From NCBI GenBank assembly GCA_963833985.1, contig CAWIAD010000002.1, positions 256,001 to 320,000 on the forward strand: DNA of 64,000 nucleotides, read 5' to 3'. This document shows positions 38,919 through 49,969 of this stretch, one piece after another (positions within the stretch are counted from its first letter, which is position 1; every line of letters begins with the position of its first letter). This DNA is from an uncultured Planctomycetaceae bacterium. Lineage in GTDB: Bacteria > Planctomycetota > Planctomycetia > Isosphaerales > Isosphaeraceae. The position numbers and the translations under genes are program-made. The notes beneath the pieces were generated by a model, which saw only the letters and a program-made list of their open reading frames with translations, was not told the DNA's origin and did not search any database.

Positions 38919-41359
38919 ATGCTGCCGTTCGACAGTTCGACCGCTCTTCTCCGGGCCGCCCTCGCTGCCTTTCTGTGGACGATCGTATCCGCCGGCCGCG
39001 GTATGGGTGCTCCGGCCGAGGAGACAGCCCTGCCCACACCGCCGCGCCAGGGCGCGCCGTGGGCCTCTCCCCGGACGAACCTGCCGAAGTTCGTGGTCTC
39101 CGCCACCGCGATCCTCTGCGAACAGGGACTCGCCGACCCCCGGGGTTGCGAGTACCGGACGATTCACATCGTGGCGGGCACCGTCTGGGGTCAGGGGCAA
39201 GAAGCTGTCACGCGGGGCTGGGTCCTGCCGGTCGCTTCCGGCAAGAAGCCGACGCACGCGGTTGCCTGGAATGGACTGGTTTACCCGCTGAGTGCTGTGG
39301 ACGAGCCGGCCGACCTCGACGCCGACGCCTGCTCGATCGCTCACGCCGCCACGGCGCTCCGGGCCAGTGGTGCTGCCGGGACGCGGCCGGCCCATCAGAA
39401 CCTGTTTCTTGGCTTCGGCAGTAACAACGAGGGTTCCGCGGTGGATGTCACGTCGCTGCACCCGATCAAGGTCTGCCTGCTGCTCCGCCTTGGCAGGACC
39501 GACCTCGCCGAGCTGGTCTGGAACGAAGTGACGGGACGGCCGGCCCGACCCCGACCGCTCGGCGCGGGCCCGAAACTCGATCTCAACGCGCAAGGGCTCT
39601 CCTACCTGAGCCTGGCCCGGGACCTCGCCTGGTATCACTTCGACCGCGCCATTTGTGCGCACATGCGGGGTGATGACAGGCTCGCCCTGGCCGACGTGCG
39701 CGCACTCGACGCCCTCGCGCTGGCCGTTGATACCAGGGCCGAGGCGATGGGCTTTGGCCGACCGGACCGGCCAGTCCCGCCCGGCCAACAGGCGCCTTAT
39801 ATTGAATTCCTCGGCCAGTTGCCCGAGTTTCGCGATGACCAGGAGCGGCGGGCTCGGGAGCGAGCCAGCCCGCCGCCAGCCGTCGCGGGCGCTGGCCCCC
39901 GGGCGCGTGTCGAAAAACTGGTCCGAAGCCTGGACCAGGTGGCCGTGCGCCAGTTCAGCCAGCCCGGAGGCGTGTTTCTGGGCCAGTCGCCGATCGTCCA
40001 GGAACTCACCGCGCTGGGAGACGACGCCGTCGAGCCGCTCCTGCGCACCCTGCGATTCGACGACCGACTCACCCGATCAGTCAGCTTCCATCGCGATTTC
40101 TCCCGCAACCGCACAATCCACCCTGTCGACGAGGCGGCGTACCTTGCACTTGTGGGAATTCTCAGGACCAGCAACTTCGTCCCGCCCGATCTGGACCAGA
40201 AAGGGAGAGGCCAGCTCAACCGCGAGCAGCTCGCGGACCGGATCTGGGCCTACTGGCAGCGGAATCGCGACGTACCGGTCACCGAGCGCTGGTATCGCAC
40301 CCTGGCCGATGACCAGGCCGGTGCCGCAGCCTGGCTCGAGGCGGCCGGGAACATCATCCAGCCTGATCATGTGCGGACCATCCCCGCCAGCGGGCCGCTT
40401 TCCATGACCGTAACCGCTCCACTGAAGCCGGGCACCAGGCCGCGGATGCGGGGCGAGCCGCTCCGTGGCAAGCACGAGCCGACGGTCGCGGCGATCATGG
40501 CCGGGCGCATCGAAACGATGCTGCGGACACCCGAAGGACAGCGCTTTGAGCTCATGCAACCGTGCCAGATGGCAACGCTCCTGGCCCGGTGGGATCCCGT
40601 CGCCGCAGTGCCCACACTCCGCGAGCTCTCCCGGATCTGCCGTGAGCGATTCGCGCACGCCGGCGCGAGCCATGGCTGGCCGACCCAGAACCTGGCCGTC
40701 TGCATCGCCAGCTTCGCCCTGGCCCGGGACACGGCCGGCGACGCCGGTGCACTGCGCGAGTATGCCGGATGGATCCGGACCGTTTCCCCGGATTGGCTCG
40801 AACACCATCTCCTCGACGTGCTCGAGCCGTTGCATCGCCGGCTGGACGATCCAGACCTTGCCGCAACCGCAGCTTGGCTCTTCAATAACCCGCAATCCCC
40901 CTGGGTACCTCTACTCGGACCTCCGGGATCGAGAAATTCATCGAGTGTCGAATTACTCATCCGATCACCGATGATGCAAGTGCCAGCGTTTCGTGGGATG
41001 CTCCTGCGAGAGTTCGCCGACCGCACGCTCGTCGGCACGGCCGAAATGGCCGAGAACGGCCTTGTGCGCGTCGAGCTTGACAAGGGATACTCCATCGGTC
41101 GCAGCGCGGCCCGGGAAGACCACGATCCCCCGGCCCGGGGCACACGAACTCCAGTGCGGACATGCGATCTTTACGCCTGGGAGCTTGCGACACTGCCAGG
41201 GCGCCAGCGTTCAATCCCTGCTGGCCCGAAGCCAGGCGCAATGCCGCTTGCGAAGAGATGACGGGCTTCCTGAAGCGTCGGGAGCCTCCTGAAAAGAATC
41301 CCAACATCCCGGGTCGAGCCCATGAAGATAGCCCAGGAAGTAGCACCCGAAGGGGATGA
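38919..41359 (+). CDS. Large secreted helical hypothetical protein (frameshift near 41200)
   Basis: Signal-peptide-like N-terminus and a HEAT-like segment ELTALGDDAVEPLL. The tail PAFNPCWPEARRNAA is in another frame. Confidence 0.7.
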
Positions 41360-42967
41360 CTCGCTCTCCTCACACCCGACGTGCACGATCTCCGCTGAGG
41401 GTCGTGCAAGTACGGCTGGCGATGCTGTGCTCTCCTGCTCGGTATTCCTTGGTGCGCTGTTGTTGATGCTCCTCAAGGCACCTGGACTGGATCATTTCCT
41501 CACCGATACAGACCACGGTATCCAGCTCTGCATGGGGACGCAGATTCTTCTGGGCAAGATCCCCAGTATCGATTTTGTGAACGCTTACGGCCCCATGGCC
41601 ATGTACACAAGCGCTCTGGGGCTTCGGCTCAGCGGTTCGCTGATCGGCGAGACCCTGCTGTGCGTACTGGGCCACGCACTTTGCCTGTTCCTCTTGTACT
41701 GGCTGGTACGCCAGCACTCCACCCGGAGCCTGGGATTGGCGGCTGCGGCAGCAGGTTTTTTTCTCCAGGCTCGCTATTACAAGTGGTACGTCTGGCTCAT
41801 CCCGCTGGGAACTCTCTGGGCGCTTCATCATTACGTGAACAGTACCAACTCCAGTCGGCAGCGGTGGGTGGTGGTCACGGGGATGGTGCTGGGGCTGAGC
41901 TGGCTGTATCGCCTGGATATGGGCACGCTGGGTTTCGCGGCCACGTTCGTTTTTCTAGCCGTTGTTGAATCTGGATGTTCCCTGCGCAGGCTGCCAGCTT
42001 GCTGGCGGATTCTAACCTTGTTCTCGGCGTCCTTCGCATGCGTACTGGCGGGCTGGTTCGCTTACCTGATGATCGCGGTGGGAATCCGAGCACCGCTGGT
42101 CTTCTTGCAGACAACCCTCGATGGAGCGCTCATGATATCACGCGGCATGGCACTGCCCCTGCCCGTGGGACGCATATTCTTGGTTGTCTACATGCTCGCG
42201 CCAGTCTTCTCGGGCTGGCCATCGCGATCGGGCTGGCCCACGAATGGTCCGGGCGAGCAGAGCCTTGTACGCGGTTTCTGCTGGCGACAGGTCTGATCGG
42301 CCTGAGCGTTTTTCATCAGGCCATGCATCGGCGGGATCCTGCCCATCTCCTCCAGGTGATGCCGCCGGTGATCGTGTCGGCATTTCTCCTCGTAGGGATG
42401 TTCCTGAGACGCAGTGCGTCGCATCGCTCCTTCCATCCCAGGCAGCTCGCGTTCGTTTTCTGCGGGGTTCTCTACTTCCTCCTGGTGCTTTACTGTGGCA
42501 TCAGGATTGCACACTGGGGGCGACAGGACCTCGCCAGCCTTTCCAGGTTTTCCACGAAACGCTACGTGGACCTGGCCGATCCGCTCGCAGCCGAGGGGCT
42601 CTCGCGAGTCAAGGCCATGCGTGCGATCCGCGAGCTGACCCAGCCCGGCGACCCGATCCTGGTTTTTCCGATCGATTGCCAGTACTACGCACTGACCGGT
42701 CGCAAGGTGAGCGGCAGGCACTGTTTCTTTTATGCTAATGTGTTCAACGACCTGCGTTTTCAGGGTGATACAATCGAGGCCATCTCGAGGGAGATGCCGG
42801 CCCTGGTCGTCGTGCCATCGATCTGTATAGATGACTTGATGGTTGGGGGAGAAGATACATTGACCGACCGTAGCCGGCTCTCGCACCAGTACCTCGAAGA
42901 TTTCATCCACGAGAATTACCCGCGAGCGGTCTTCGATGATGGAGACATCGCGCTGCTTACTCGATAA
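41322..42967 (+). CDS. Polytopic membrane protein, GT-C fold glycosyltransferase-like (frameshift near 42205)
   Basis: TDHGIQL...GKIPSIDFVNAYGP, many TM helices and a periplasmic tail TQPGDPILVFP...YYALTGR. Confidence 0.65.
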
Positions 42968-43059
42968 CGGCGGGTGGACTACTTCAGGGACAGCCACGAC
43001 GCCGATCCGAGCGCCGGGCCTTTTGTTCTGAAGCCGGGACGGCATCGACCGGCGGGCGG

Positions 43060-43896
43060 CTATCGGCTGGCGGGCTCGCTGGCGGGCTGGTGGTGTGGCA
43101 TCGCACCGCTGCCGGTAGGCCTGCGTGCCACCGCGAAGAGTGAAGTACCGCGCGGCAGACAGCCCCACAGGGCGGGCGTCTGCTCCAGGGCGAAGGCCAG
43201 CCGCGCCGCCCAGGTGATTGGCCAGGCAGGTAATTGAAGATAACGGCGATAGACTTCCGAGGGTGATTCGCCGGGCCGTCCACGACGCGCTGCCCGCTGC
43301 CGTTTCAACGCTGGCACCAGCCACCAGCCCCACCAGAAGACACGTTCCACGACCAGCCCCGTCTGATCGAACGCGCCTTTGAGCCTTTCGGGAAGATAGC
43401 GCCTGCGGTGCCCCTGGACCTCGTCGAACTCCGTGAAGAATTCGGGCAAGGCGGGCACGCTCACGACGACGGCTCCGCCGGGACGGACCAGGTCGCCCAG
43501 TCGCTCCACGGCCGCTCTGTCGTCGTCAAGATGCTCGAGCACGTCAAGCGCCAGCACGGCATCGAAGGTCTCGACCCCCTCCGGCAGCGGCCTGGACAGG
43601 TCGGCCTCGACCAGTTCCCTGCCGGGACGCTCCAGCATTTCCAGTGCGCGACGAGAAATGTCGAGTCCGACGGCGCGGTAGCCCCGTTGTTCGAGCGATT
43701 CCAGGGTCCGGCCCCAGCCGCAGCCCACGTCGAGCACGCGCATCGGAGGCCGGATGCCCAGCCGGCGGAGCAGGGCCAGCGTCAGCTCCGCGCGCGCCTC
43801 CCACCAGGGATGGACCGCGATCAGGCCGCCGAGATCGACCAGGATATCCTCGGCCATGTTGGCGTCGGCGATGCCGTCGGACCAGCGCGTGATCAT
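43060..43896 (-). CDS. Class I SAM-dependent methyltransferase
   Basis: HPWWEAR, VLDVGCGWG, ALDVLEHLDDD, VSVPA and GHRRRY. Confidence 0.9.
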   Translation of the reverse strand: MITRWSDGIADANMAEDILVDLGGLIAVHPWWEARAELTLALLRRLGIRPPMRVLDVGCGWGRTLESLEQRGYRAVGLDISRRALEMLERPGRELVEADLSRPLPEGVETFDAVLALDVLEHLDDDRAAVERLGDLVRPGGAVVVSVPALPEFFTEFDEVQGHRRRYLPERLKGAFDQTGLVVERVFWWGWWLVPALKRQRAARRGRPGESPSEVYRRYLQLPAWPITWAARLAFALEQTPALWGCLPRGTSLFAVARRPTGSGAMPHHQPASEPASR

Positions 43897-44912
43897 CGAT
43901 CGTCGTCCCCCCGGGCGATCTCTACGGTTGATTGGAACTCCCGGCCATTCTCCAGATCATCCGTGGATGTGCGATACTCACCGACGATGTAGGACGGCCG
44001 GCCCTTCGATTCAAGGAAGATCAGCCGCACATATTCGCCGATAATTCCCATGCCTACCATCTGGATCGAGCCCAGGAAGAGCACCGTCACGATCACGCTC
44101 GCCCAGCCTCTGGGCGCCGAGTGGTTCATGAACGCGTCCACGAAAACCCAGGCAGTGAGGAAGGCCGCCAGCAGCGCGATGCTGATTCCGACGTAGGTCA
44201 TGAGCCGGAGAGGATAACTACTGAAGCTTACCAGCCCGTTGATCGCCAGTCCGACCAGGGCCCGGAAGGTGTACTTTGGCCGGCCCGCCGCACGCGCCGC
44301 ACGCTCATAGACAAGGCCCGTCTGCCGGAAGCCCACGAAGGTACGCAATCCCCGGACAAACCGGGTCCGCTCGGGAAGGGCTTTCAGGGCGTCGACCACC
44401 TTGCGGTCCATGAGGCAGAAATCGCCGCTATCCAGCGGGATCTCGAATTCGCTGATCGCATTCATGAGCCGGTAGAAAGTGAAGTAGCCGATCCTCTTCA
44501 CAACCGTTTCCTTGCGCTTCGCCCGTACCGCGTAGACGACATCGAAGCCCTCCTCCCAGCGGCGGACGAACTCCGGCAACGCTTCGGGTGGATCCTGAAG
44601 GTCTCCATCCATCACCACAACGGCACGGCCCCGCGCGTGGTCGAGGCCGGCCGAAACCGCCGGCTGGTGGCCAAAGTTGCGGCTCAAATGAATGACGGTG
44701 ACTCGCGGGTCCTTTTCCTGGATCGCGTCGAGCAGCCGCGGTGTCGCGTCGCGGCTGCCGTCGTCCACGAAAAGCAGCTCATGAGGCCCGCCCAGATCTT
44801 CCAGAGTCGTCACGAGGCGATGATAGAGTTCATGAATATTGAGCTCTTCATTGTAGAGCGGAACGACGACGCTCAGAAGTGGAGCCGCGGAGATCGATTT
44901 GGAGGAATTCAT
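43893..44912 (-). CDS. GT2 polyprenol-phosphate glycosyltransferase (GtrB/DPM-like)
   Basis: SVVVPLYNEE, VDDGSRD, SRNFGHQ, MDGDLQDPPE, SGDFCLMDR and two C-terminal TM helices. Confidence 0.93.
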   Translation of the reverse strand: MNSSKSISAAPLLSVVVPLYNEELNIHELYHRLVTTLEDLGGPHELLFVDDGSRDATPRLLDAIQEKDPRVTVIHLSRNFGHQPAVSAGLDHARGRAVVVMDGDLQDPPEALPEFVRRWEEGFDVVYAVRAKRKETVVKRIGYFTFYRLMNAISEFEIPLDSGDFCLMDRKVVDALKALPERTRFVRGLRTFVGFRQTGLVYERAARAAGRPKYTFRALVGLAINGLVSFSSYPLRLMTYVGISIALLAAFLTAWVFVDAFMNHSAPRGWASVIVTVLFLGSIQMVGMGIIGEYVRLIFLESKGRPSYIVGEYRTSTDDLENGREFQSTVEIARGDDDR

Positions 44913-45270
44913 GTTGGACGAATACTCCAGATGGTGATTCGGAACCATCCGCAGCGAAGCGATCAGCTCAAATGCCACGGGGCGTGGCATCCGTCGTTGA
45001 GGGACACGATGAGTTGCCTTGCGATTCAAGCCGTTAATATCCAAACATCCGGGCCAGCCAAACACAAGGCGATTCCACGGCGGCCGCGCACCGTACCGTT
45101 CTGATGACAGGCCAGACGGGCACGGGAACGACCATGGGATCCTACCGGCAGGCATGGAACTTGACCATACCCTGAACCTCGAGGGCCCGGCGGCGCACCC
45201 GCTCCAGGCCGGTTGACCCGAGCCCGGGATTGCGGCCGCGGGAACCGCGGATTTCTGGGACCGGGAATTC

Positions 45271-45903
45271 CTACGCCCGGCCGCGCAGGGCGGCAAGCGC
45301 AGTGCGTTCCTGGTCTGTCAGCTCACGCCACTGGCCGGGTGACAGGTCGCCCAGCTCGATGGGCCCGATGGCCACCCGCACCAGCCTCAGAGTCGGATGG
45401 CCGACGGCCGCGGTCATGCGCCGGACCTGGCGGTTGCGTCCTTCGCGCAGAGTCATCCGCAGCCAGGCCGTCGCCACGTTCTTGCGGAAGCGGATCGGCA
45501 CCGGCCGCGCGGGCAGCGTCGGGCTGACCTCCAGCATCTCCACTGCCGCAGGCAAGGTCGGCCCGTCAGCCAGCAAAACACCCCTCCGGAGCGACTCCAG
45601 CGCTGCCATGTCGGGAACACGCTCCACCTGCACCAGGTACGTCCTGGGATGAGCGAACCGCGGATCAGTCAGGCGATGAGCCAGCAGCCCGTCATCCGTG
45701 AGCAGGAGCAGGCCCTCGCTGTCACGGTCGAGCCGGCCAGCCGGGTAGACCCCTGCGATCGGAATGTAATCCTTGAGCGTCGACCTTTCCTCCCCGCCGC
45801 TGAACTGGCAGAGGACGTCGAACGGCTTGAAGAATGCAAGGTAACGCCACGCGCCGGGCGGCTTGTGCGTTCTTCGTGGCCCGCGCTCCCGGTGTGGGCG
45901 CAT
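45271..45903 (-). CDS. rluE: rRNA pseudouridine synthase (RluE-like)
   Basis: FKPFDVLCQF, AGRLDRDSEGLLLLT and EGRNRQVRRMTAAVGHPTLRLVR. Confidence 0.85.
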   Translation of the reverse strand: MRPHRERGPRRTHKPPGAWRYLAFFKPFDVLCQFSGGEERSTLKDYIPIAGVYPAGRLDRDSEGLLLLTDDGLLAHRLTDPRFAHPRTYLVQVERVPDMAALESLRRGVLLADGPTLPAAVEMLEVSPTLPARPVPIRFRKNVATAWLRMTLREGRNRQVRRMTAAVGHPTLRLVRVAIGPIELGDLSPGQWRELTDQERTALAALRGRA

Positions 45904-45937
45904 CGTGATCGACCGCTCCTGTGCCACGCTTCGTGCT

Positions 45938-46798
45938 TCAGCTTCCTTCGGGGGTCTTGACGCGAAACTCCAGCACGGAGAAGAGGCATGCCCCCAGCAC
46001 GGCAAGGAGGCCCGCGGCGCCGGTCAAGGCCAGCAGGCAGGTGGTCGCACTCGGGGCCTTGTCAAGATTGATCGACCAGTCGCTCACCGGCAGGTCCAGC
46101 CAGCGGATGCAAAGCGTGCGTACGTAGTACATGACCGTGGCATGGCGAATCATGAAATCGATGTTGGCCACCACGCCCTCGAGCAGGACGATGTAAAGCA
46201 CACCCACCACCAGCGCCCGTCGAGTAACCAGCCCCAGGCAGCCAAAAAGGGTTGTGTACGCAAGCAAGCCCAGCGCGAAGGTCGCGCCCAGGGTCCCGGC
46301 ACGCTGGGCCAGGGCGTGGCCAGCCAGCGCATCGGTCCCCCAGTAAACGGTCACGAGAGCGGCCGCGGTGAAGACGGCGCTGAGCAACGAGAGCACCAGC
46401 CAGGTCCCTGCCAGCTTCACAAGGTAGATCAGCCAGCGCGGTATCGGCCGGATCAGCAGATAGGTCAGCGTCTGCTCCTCGACCTCATCCTGGACCATCC
46501 CGGCCGCCAGCAGCAGGGCCGCCAGCGGCAGGAAGGCATTGGGAATCAATCCCAGGATCACGACGGCCTCGACATCCTCGAGCTGGTACGGATCTTGAAA
46601 ACGATGGGCCAGCACGGCAAAGACCAGCGGCAGTGCAAAGAGCACGCCAAGCATCAGCAGCCGACGGCCGCGGACCTGCCGCGCCGCGGTGATGCTCAGC
46701 AAAGTCACGATTGCACTTGCGGGAACCCAGCGCGCGAGCGGCACCGGCCAAATCGTCTCATCGGTCAATGCGGATCTTTCTATGGGTAGCAGACTCAT
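45938..46798 (-). CDS. ABC-2 type transporter permease
   Basis: DEVEEQTLTYLLIRPIPR and TM helices. Confidence 0.85.
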   Translation of the reverse strand: MSLLPIERSALTDETIWPVPLARWVPASAIVTLLSITAARQVRGRRLLMLGVLFALPLVFAVLAHRFQDPYQLEDVEAVVILGLIPNAFLPLAALLLAAGMVQDEVEEQTLTYLLIRPIPRWLIYLVKLAGTWLVLSLLSAVFTAAALVTVYWGTDALAGHALAQRAGTLGATFALGLLAYTTLFGCLGLVTRRALVVGVLYIVLLEGVVANIDFMIRHATVMYYVRTLCIRWLDLPVSDWSINLDKAPSATTCLLALTGAAGLLAVLGACLFSVLEFRVKTPEGS

Positions 46799-47769
46799 GG
46801 ATTCACCAGATACTTGAAGACGGCTTCCAGGTTGTCGTCATCGGAGTAGACCTCGTCAATCGGGGTATCGGCGTCCAGGGCCAAGGCCGGCAGGCGGCTG
46901 TAGAACTGGTCAGGAGCGCGCGTCTCGATGACGATCGCTCCATCCGCCCTGCGCAGCTCGACTCCCACGATGTCGTCCCAGCGCACCAGCTTGGCGGCCA
47001 GCGCCCGCGCATCGGGACTGCGCAGGACGATCCGGTGCGGATGGGCGTCGATCAGATCACGCACCTGGCGCACATCGCCGAAGGCCACCAGGCGCCCACG
47101 GTTCATGAGCACGACCTGCCGGGTGAAGGCCTGCACCTCATGGAGCACATGGCTGGAGACGAGGATTGTCCGGCCGAGCTCGCCCAGCTCCAGAACCAGG
47201 TCAATGAGCTCGCGCCGCGCGACCGGGTCTGTACCGCTCAAGGGCTCGTCCAGGAAGAGCACGCGCGGCTCGTGCACCAGCGCCTGGGCCAGCTTGGTGC
47301 GCTGCCGCATCCCCTTGGAATAACCTCGCACCGGCCTGTCCGCATGCTCGGTCATCCTGACCTGTTCCAGCACTCGCTCGGCCGCGGTGCGCGCACCTTT
47401 CCGTCCCAGCCCGCCCAGTCGTGCACATGCGGTCAAGAACTCGCGGCCGGTCATCCACTCGAAGAACGCGTCCTGCTCCGGGCAAAGGCCGATCAGCCGG
47501 TTGAGTGCGGCGTTGTTCCAGGGCCGATGACCGAGCACGCGGACCTCACCCTGGCTGGGCCGGAGCTGACCGGTCGCCAGTTGCAGGAGCGTGCTCTTCC
47601 CCGCACCGTTGGGCCCGAGCAGCCCGGTGACTCCGGTACCGACCTGGAGCGACAGGTGGTTCACGCCGATCACCTGGCCGTACCACTTCGAGACCGAGAC
47701 GAACTCGACTGCCGCCGGCCGGCGCGCCTTGGTATCAAGTTCCGCCTCGGTTTGCTGGGCCGTTGTCAT
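46795..47769 (-). CDS. ABC transporter ATP-binding protein
   Basis: GPNGAGKS, YSKGMRQR, FLDEP and SSH. Confidence 0.93.
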   Translation of the reverse strand: MTTAQQTEAELDTKARRPAAVEFVSVSKWYGQVIGVNHLSLQVGTGVTGLLGPNGAGKSTLLQLATGQLRPSQGEVRVLGHRPWNNAALNRLIGLCPEQDAFFEWMTGREFLTACARLGGLGRKGARTAAERVLEQVRMTEHADRPVRGYSKGMRQRTKLAQALVHEPRVLFLDEPLSGTDPVARRELIDLVLELGELGRTILVSSHVLHEVQAFTRQVVLMNRGRLVAFGDVRQVRDLIDAHPHRIVLRSPDARALAAKLVRWDDIVGVELRRADGAIVIETRAPDQFYSRLPALALDADTPIDEVYSDDDNLEAVFKYLVNP

Positions 47770-47825
47770 ATTTTCGCCGGGTCAGTCTGCAAGTTCCGGT
47801 GCATCAAATCACGAAATCTGCCTGC

Positions 47826-48911
47826 TCATCTCAGCCGGTCGAGGGACCGCACTCGTGTGGCGAGGGTCAACCCCGAGAGCACTCCCAGGCCGGCGAGGAC
47901 AGCCGCCGACCAGCGCCAGGGGTATGCGGGGGGCTGCTCCGATCCCGGTGACCCGGACACCGAGCCATTTCCGGGGCCAGACTGGCCTGGCGGCGGACCG
48001 GCCGGTGCGAGCCAGCGGCTTCGCCGCCGTGCGGGCGGGCCCGGCCGCATGCCTTGCCGGAACTGGTCCTGGCCGGCCCGGAACAACGCGGCAATCTTCT
48101 CGCGCTCGGTCGGGGTGTCGAGCAACGCGTCACGCACCCGGGCCAGGTTCTCCGTGTAGGAGAGCAGGGGAGCCCATTCCTCGTGGATGGTCCGGTTCAC
48201 CACGGTGGAAGCGAGGCCGCTGATCAACCAGATGCAAATCCAGAGAGCCCCCACGAACCGTGAGCTGCGCGAGAGCGATGAGATCGCCAGCATGAGAAAG
48301 CCAGCCGACAGGACCACGACCAGGGCGTAGGCCAGCGAGCCGGCGAGCACCCGCCAGGTGTCGCGAAACACCAGAGGATCGAGGCTGAAAGCGATGCCCA
48401 CTCCATAGGCCAGGAGCACTGGCAGAATCATGATCGCGCCCAGGAACGTGGCGATCACGCCGAGCTTCCCCGCAAAGTAGTCCAGCCTGCGGACAGGCCG
48501 CGCGAAGTAGAGCGGCATGGCGTTGAAGCGCAGGTCCTGGCTGATCAGCTCGGGCCCGACCAGCAGCACCAGCGGCATGGTAAAATACAGCTCGACGTCC
48601 AGAAAGAAGTTGAAGGCGAGGGTCCAGAACGTCGTGCGATAACCGCGCGGGCCGGCGCGGATCTCCTCGGGGAGACTCTGGAAGAGGAACAGGATCGAAC
48701 TCAGGAGACTGGATTTCTGCTCGAACAGGCCCCAGAGCATGAGGAACCCGGCAAGGATGACGGCCGGCACGAACGCGCCCAGGATCAGCAGCCCGACCCA
48801 GCGATTCTTGGACTGGGCGCGGACTCCCTGGAGCGAGATGGTCAGCCAGCGCCAGGCGGGGCCTCGTAGCCGGCCGTTCCAGTGCTGATAGCCCTGGTCG
48901 AGAATCGGCAT
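47826..48911 (-). CDS. ABC-2 type transporter permease
   Basis: MPILDQGYQHW, LISQDLRFNAMPLYFARP and TM helices. Confidence 0.85.
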   Translation of the reverse strand: MPILDQGYQHWNGRLRGPAWRWLTISLQGVRAQSKNRWVGLLILGAFVPAVILAGFLMLWGLFEQKSSLLSSILFLFQSLPEEIRAGPRGYRTTFWTLAFNFFLDVELYFTMPLVLLVGPELISQDLRFNAMPLYFARPVRRLDYFAGKLGVIATFLGAIMILPVLLAYGVGIAFSLDPLVFRDTWRVLAGSLAYALVVVLSAGFLMLAISSLSRSSRFVGALWICIWLISGLASTVVNRTIHEEWAPLLSYTENLARVRDALLDTPTEREKIAALFRAGQDQFRQGMRPGPPARRRSRWLAPAGPPPGQSGPGNGSVSGSPGSEQPPAYPWRWSAAVLAGLGVLSGLTLATRVRSLDRLR

Positions 48912-49822
48912 CAATCGTCCTCCACCAGCGCGCTCAGAAAAACTTCTTCGAGCGTGCTGCGCCGCGGGCGCAGGGAACGCACCTGTTCGCCGGCCGCATC
49001 GGCCGCTTCCCAGAGCACCGTCCTGGTGGCGCCTGCCGGCAGCCGCACCAGGACGTGGTCATCCACGGGAACGCAGTCGATCGAGCGCGCGGCCAGGCAG
49101 CCGGCGAAGGCAACGGCGTCACCTTTGACCCGCAGCTCGAACTGCCCGTCGTGGGCCTGCTTGAGGGCGTCGATGCGCCCTTGGGCCAGCAGCCGGCCGC
49201 GGCCGAGCACGACCACATGATCGCAGACGGCCTCGACGTCCGGCAGCAGGTGGCTCGAAAAGATGAGGCTCATTCCCTTGGCCTGCGACAGGTCTCGGGC
49301 CAGGGCGAGCACCTCATCGCGACCGGCGGGGTCCATGCCGTTGGTCGGCTCATCCATGATCAGCAGTCGCGGATCGTGCACGATGCCCGCGGCAATCTTG
49401 ATGCGTTGTTTCATGCCCGTCGAGTAAGACTCGACACGGCGGTAGCGCGCTTCTTGAAGGCCCACGTAGTCGAGCACCTCGTGGGCGCGCTGGAGGGCGT
49501 CACGCGGCTGCATGCCGACCAGCTCTCCCGCGTAAGCAACGAACTGGACACCGATCACCGACGGAAAGAGACACTCGTCCTCGGGAACAAAGCCAACCGC
49601 CTGCCGGATCTTCATGCTGTTCTTGCGGATATCCATCCCCAGCACACGCCCCGACCCGGCGTCCAGGGAGATCAGCCCCAGCACGCTACGGATCATCGTC
49701 GTCTTGCCGGCTCCGTTCGGGCCGAGCAGGCCGATTGCCCCCTCCGGCATCGTCAACGAGAGCCCGCGCAGGGCTTTGACCTTGCCGTAACTCTTCGTGA
49801 GGCCGTCAAGTTCGATGAGCAT
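48911..49822 (-). CDS. ABC transporter ATP-binding protein
   Basis: GPNGAGKT, YSTGMKQR, MDEPTNG and SSH. Confidence 0.93.
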   Translation of the reverse strand: MLIELDGLTKSYGKVKALRGLSLTMPEGAIGLLGPNGAGKTTMIRSVLGLISLDAGSGRVLGMDIRKNSMKIRQAVGFVPEDECLFPSVIGVQFVAYAGELVGMQPRDALQRAHEVLDYVGLQEARYRRVESYSTGMKQRIKIAAGIVHDPRLLIMDEPTNGMDPAGRDEVLALARDLSQAKGMSLIFSSHLLPDVEAVCDHVVVLGRGRLLAQGRIDALKQAHDGQFELRVKGDAVAFAGCLAARSIDCVPVDDHVLVRLPAGATRTVLWEAADAAGEQVRSLRPRRSTLEEVFLSALVEDD

Positions 49823-49969
49823 CAATCGTCCTGTGGCCGATGCGGACCCGCCACTCTTGCATATCGGTTCCGGGAAGGCAGGCGTGGGCTCTTGCCAACC
49901 AGGCTATAAAGTAACAGATTCTGCCGGGAAGCGTACCCGGGAGGACAATCCAAGCTTGGGAGCTCTACC

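Noticed and set aside
46711..48159. Large antisense ORFs (also 5212-6333, 29668-31143, 38367-39788, 43932-45104, 59492-60751, 62163-63542)
   Set aside because: Shadow ORFs expected in high-GC DNA opposite well-supported genes.
48909..49832. Identical 13-mer CATCAATCGTCCT at 48909 and 49820
   Set aside because: It is the RBS/start context of consecutive ABC genes; too short and functionally constrained to imply mobility.
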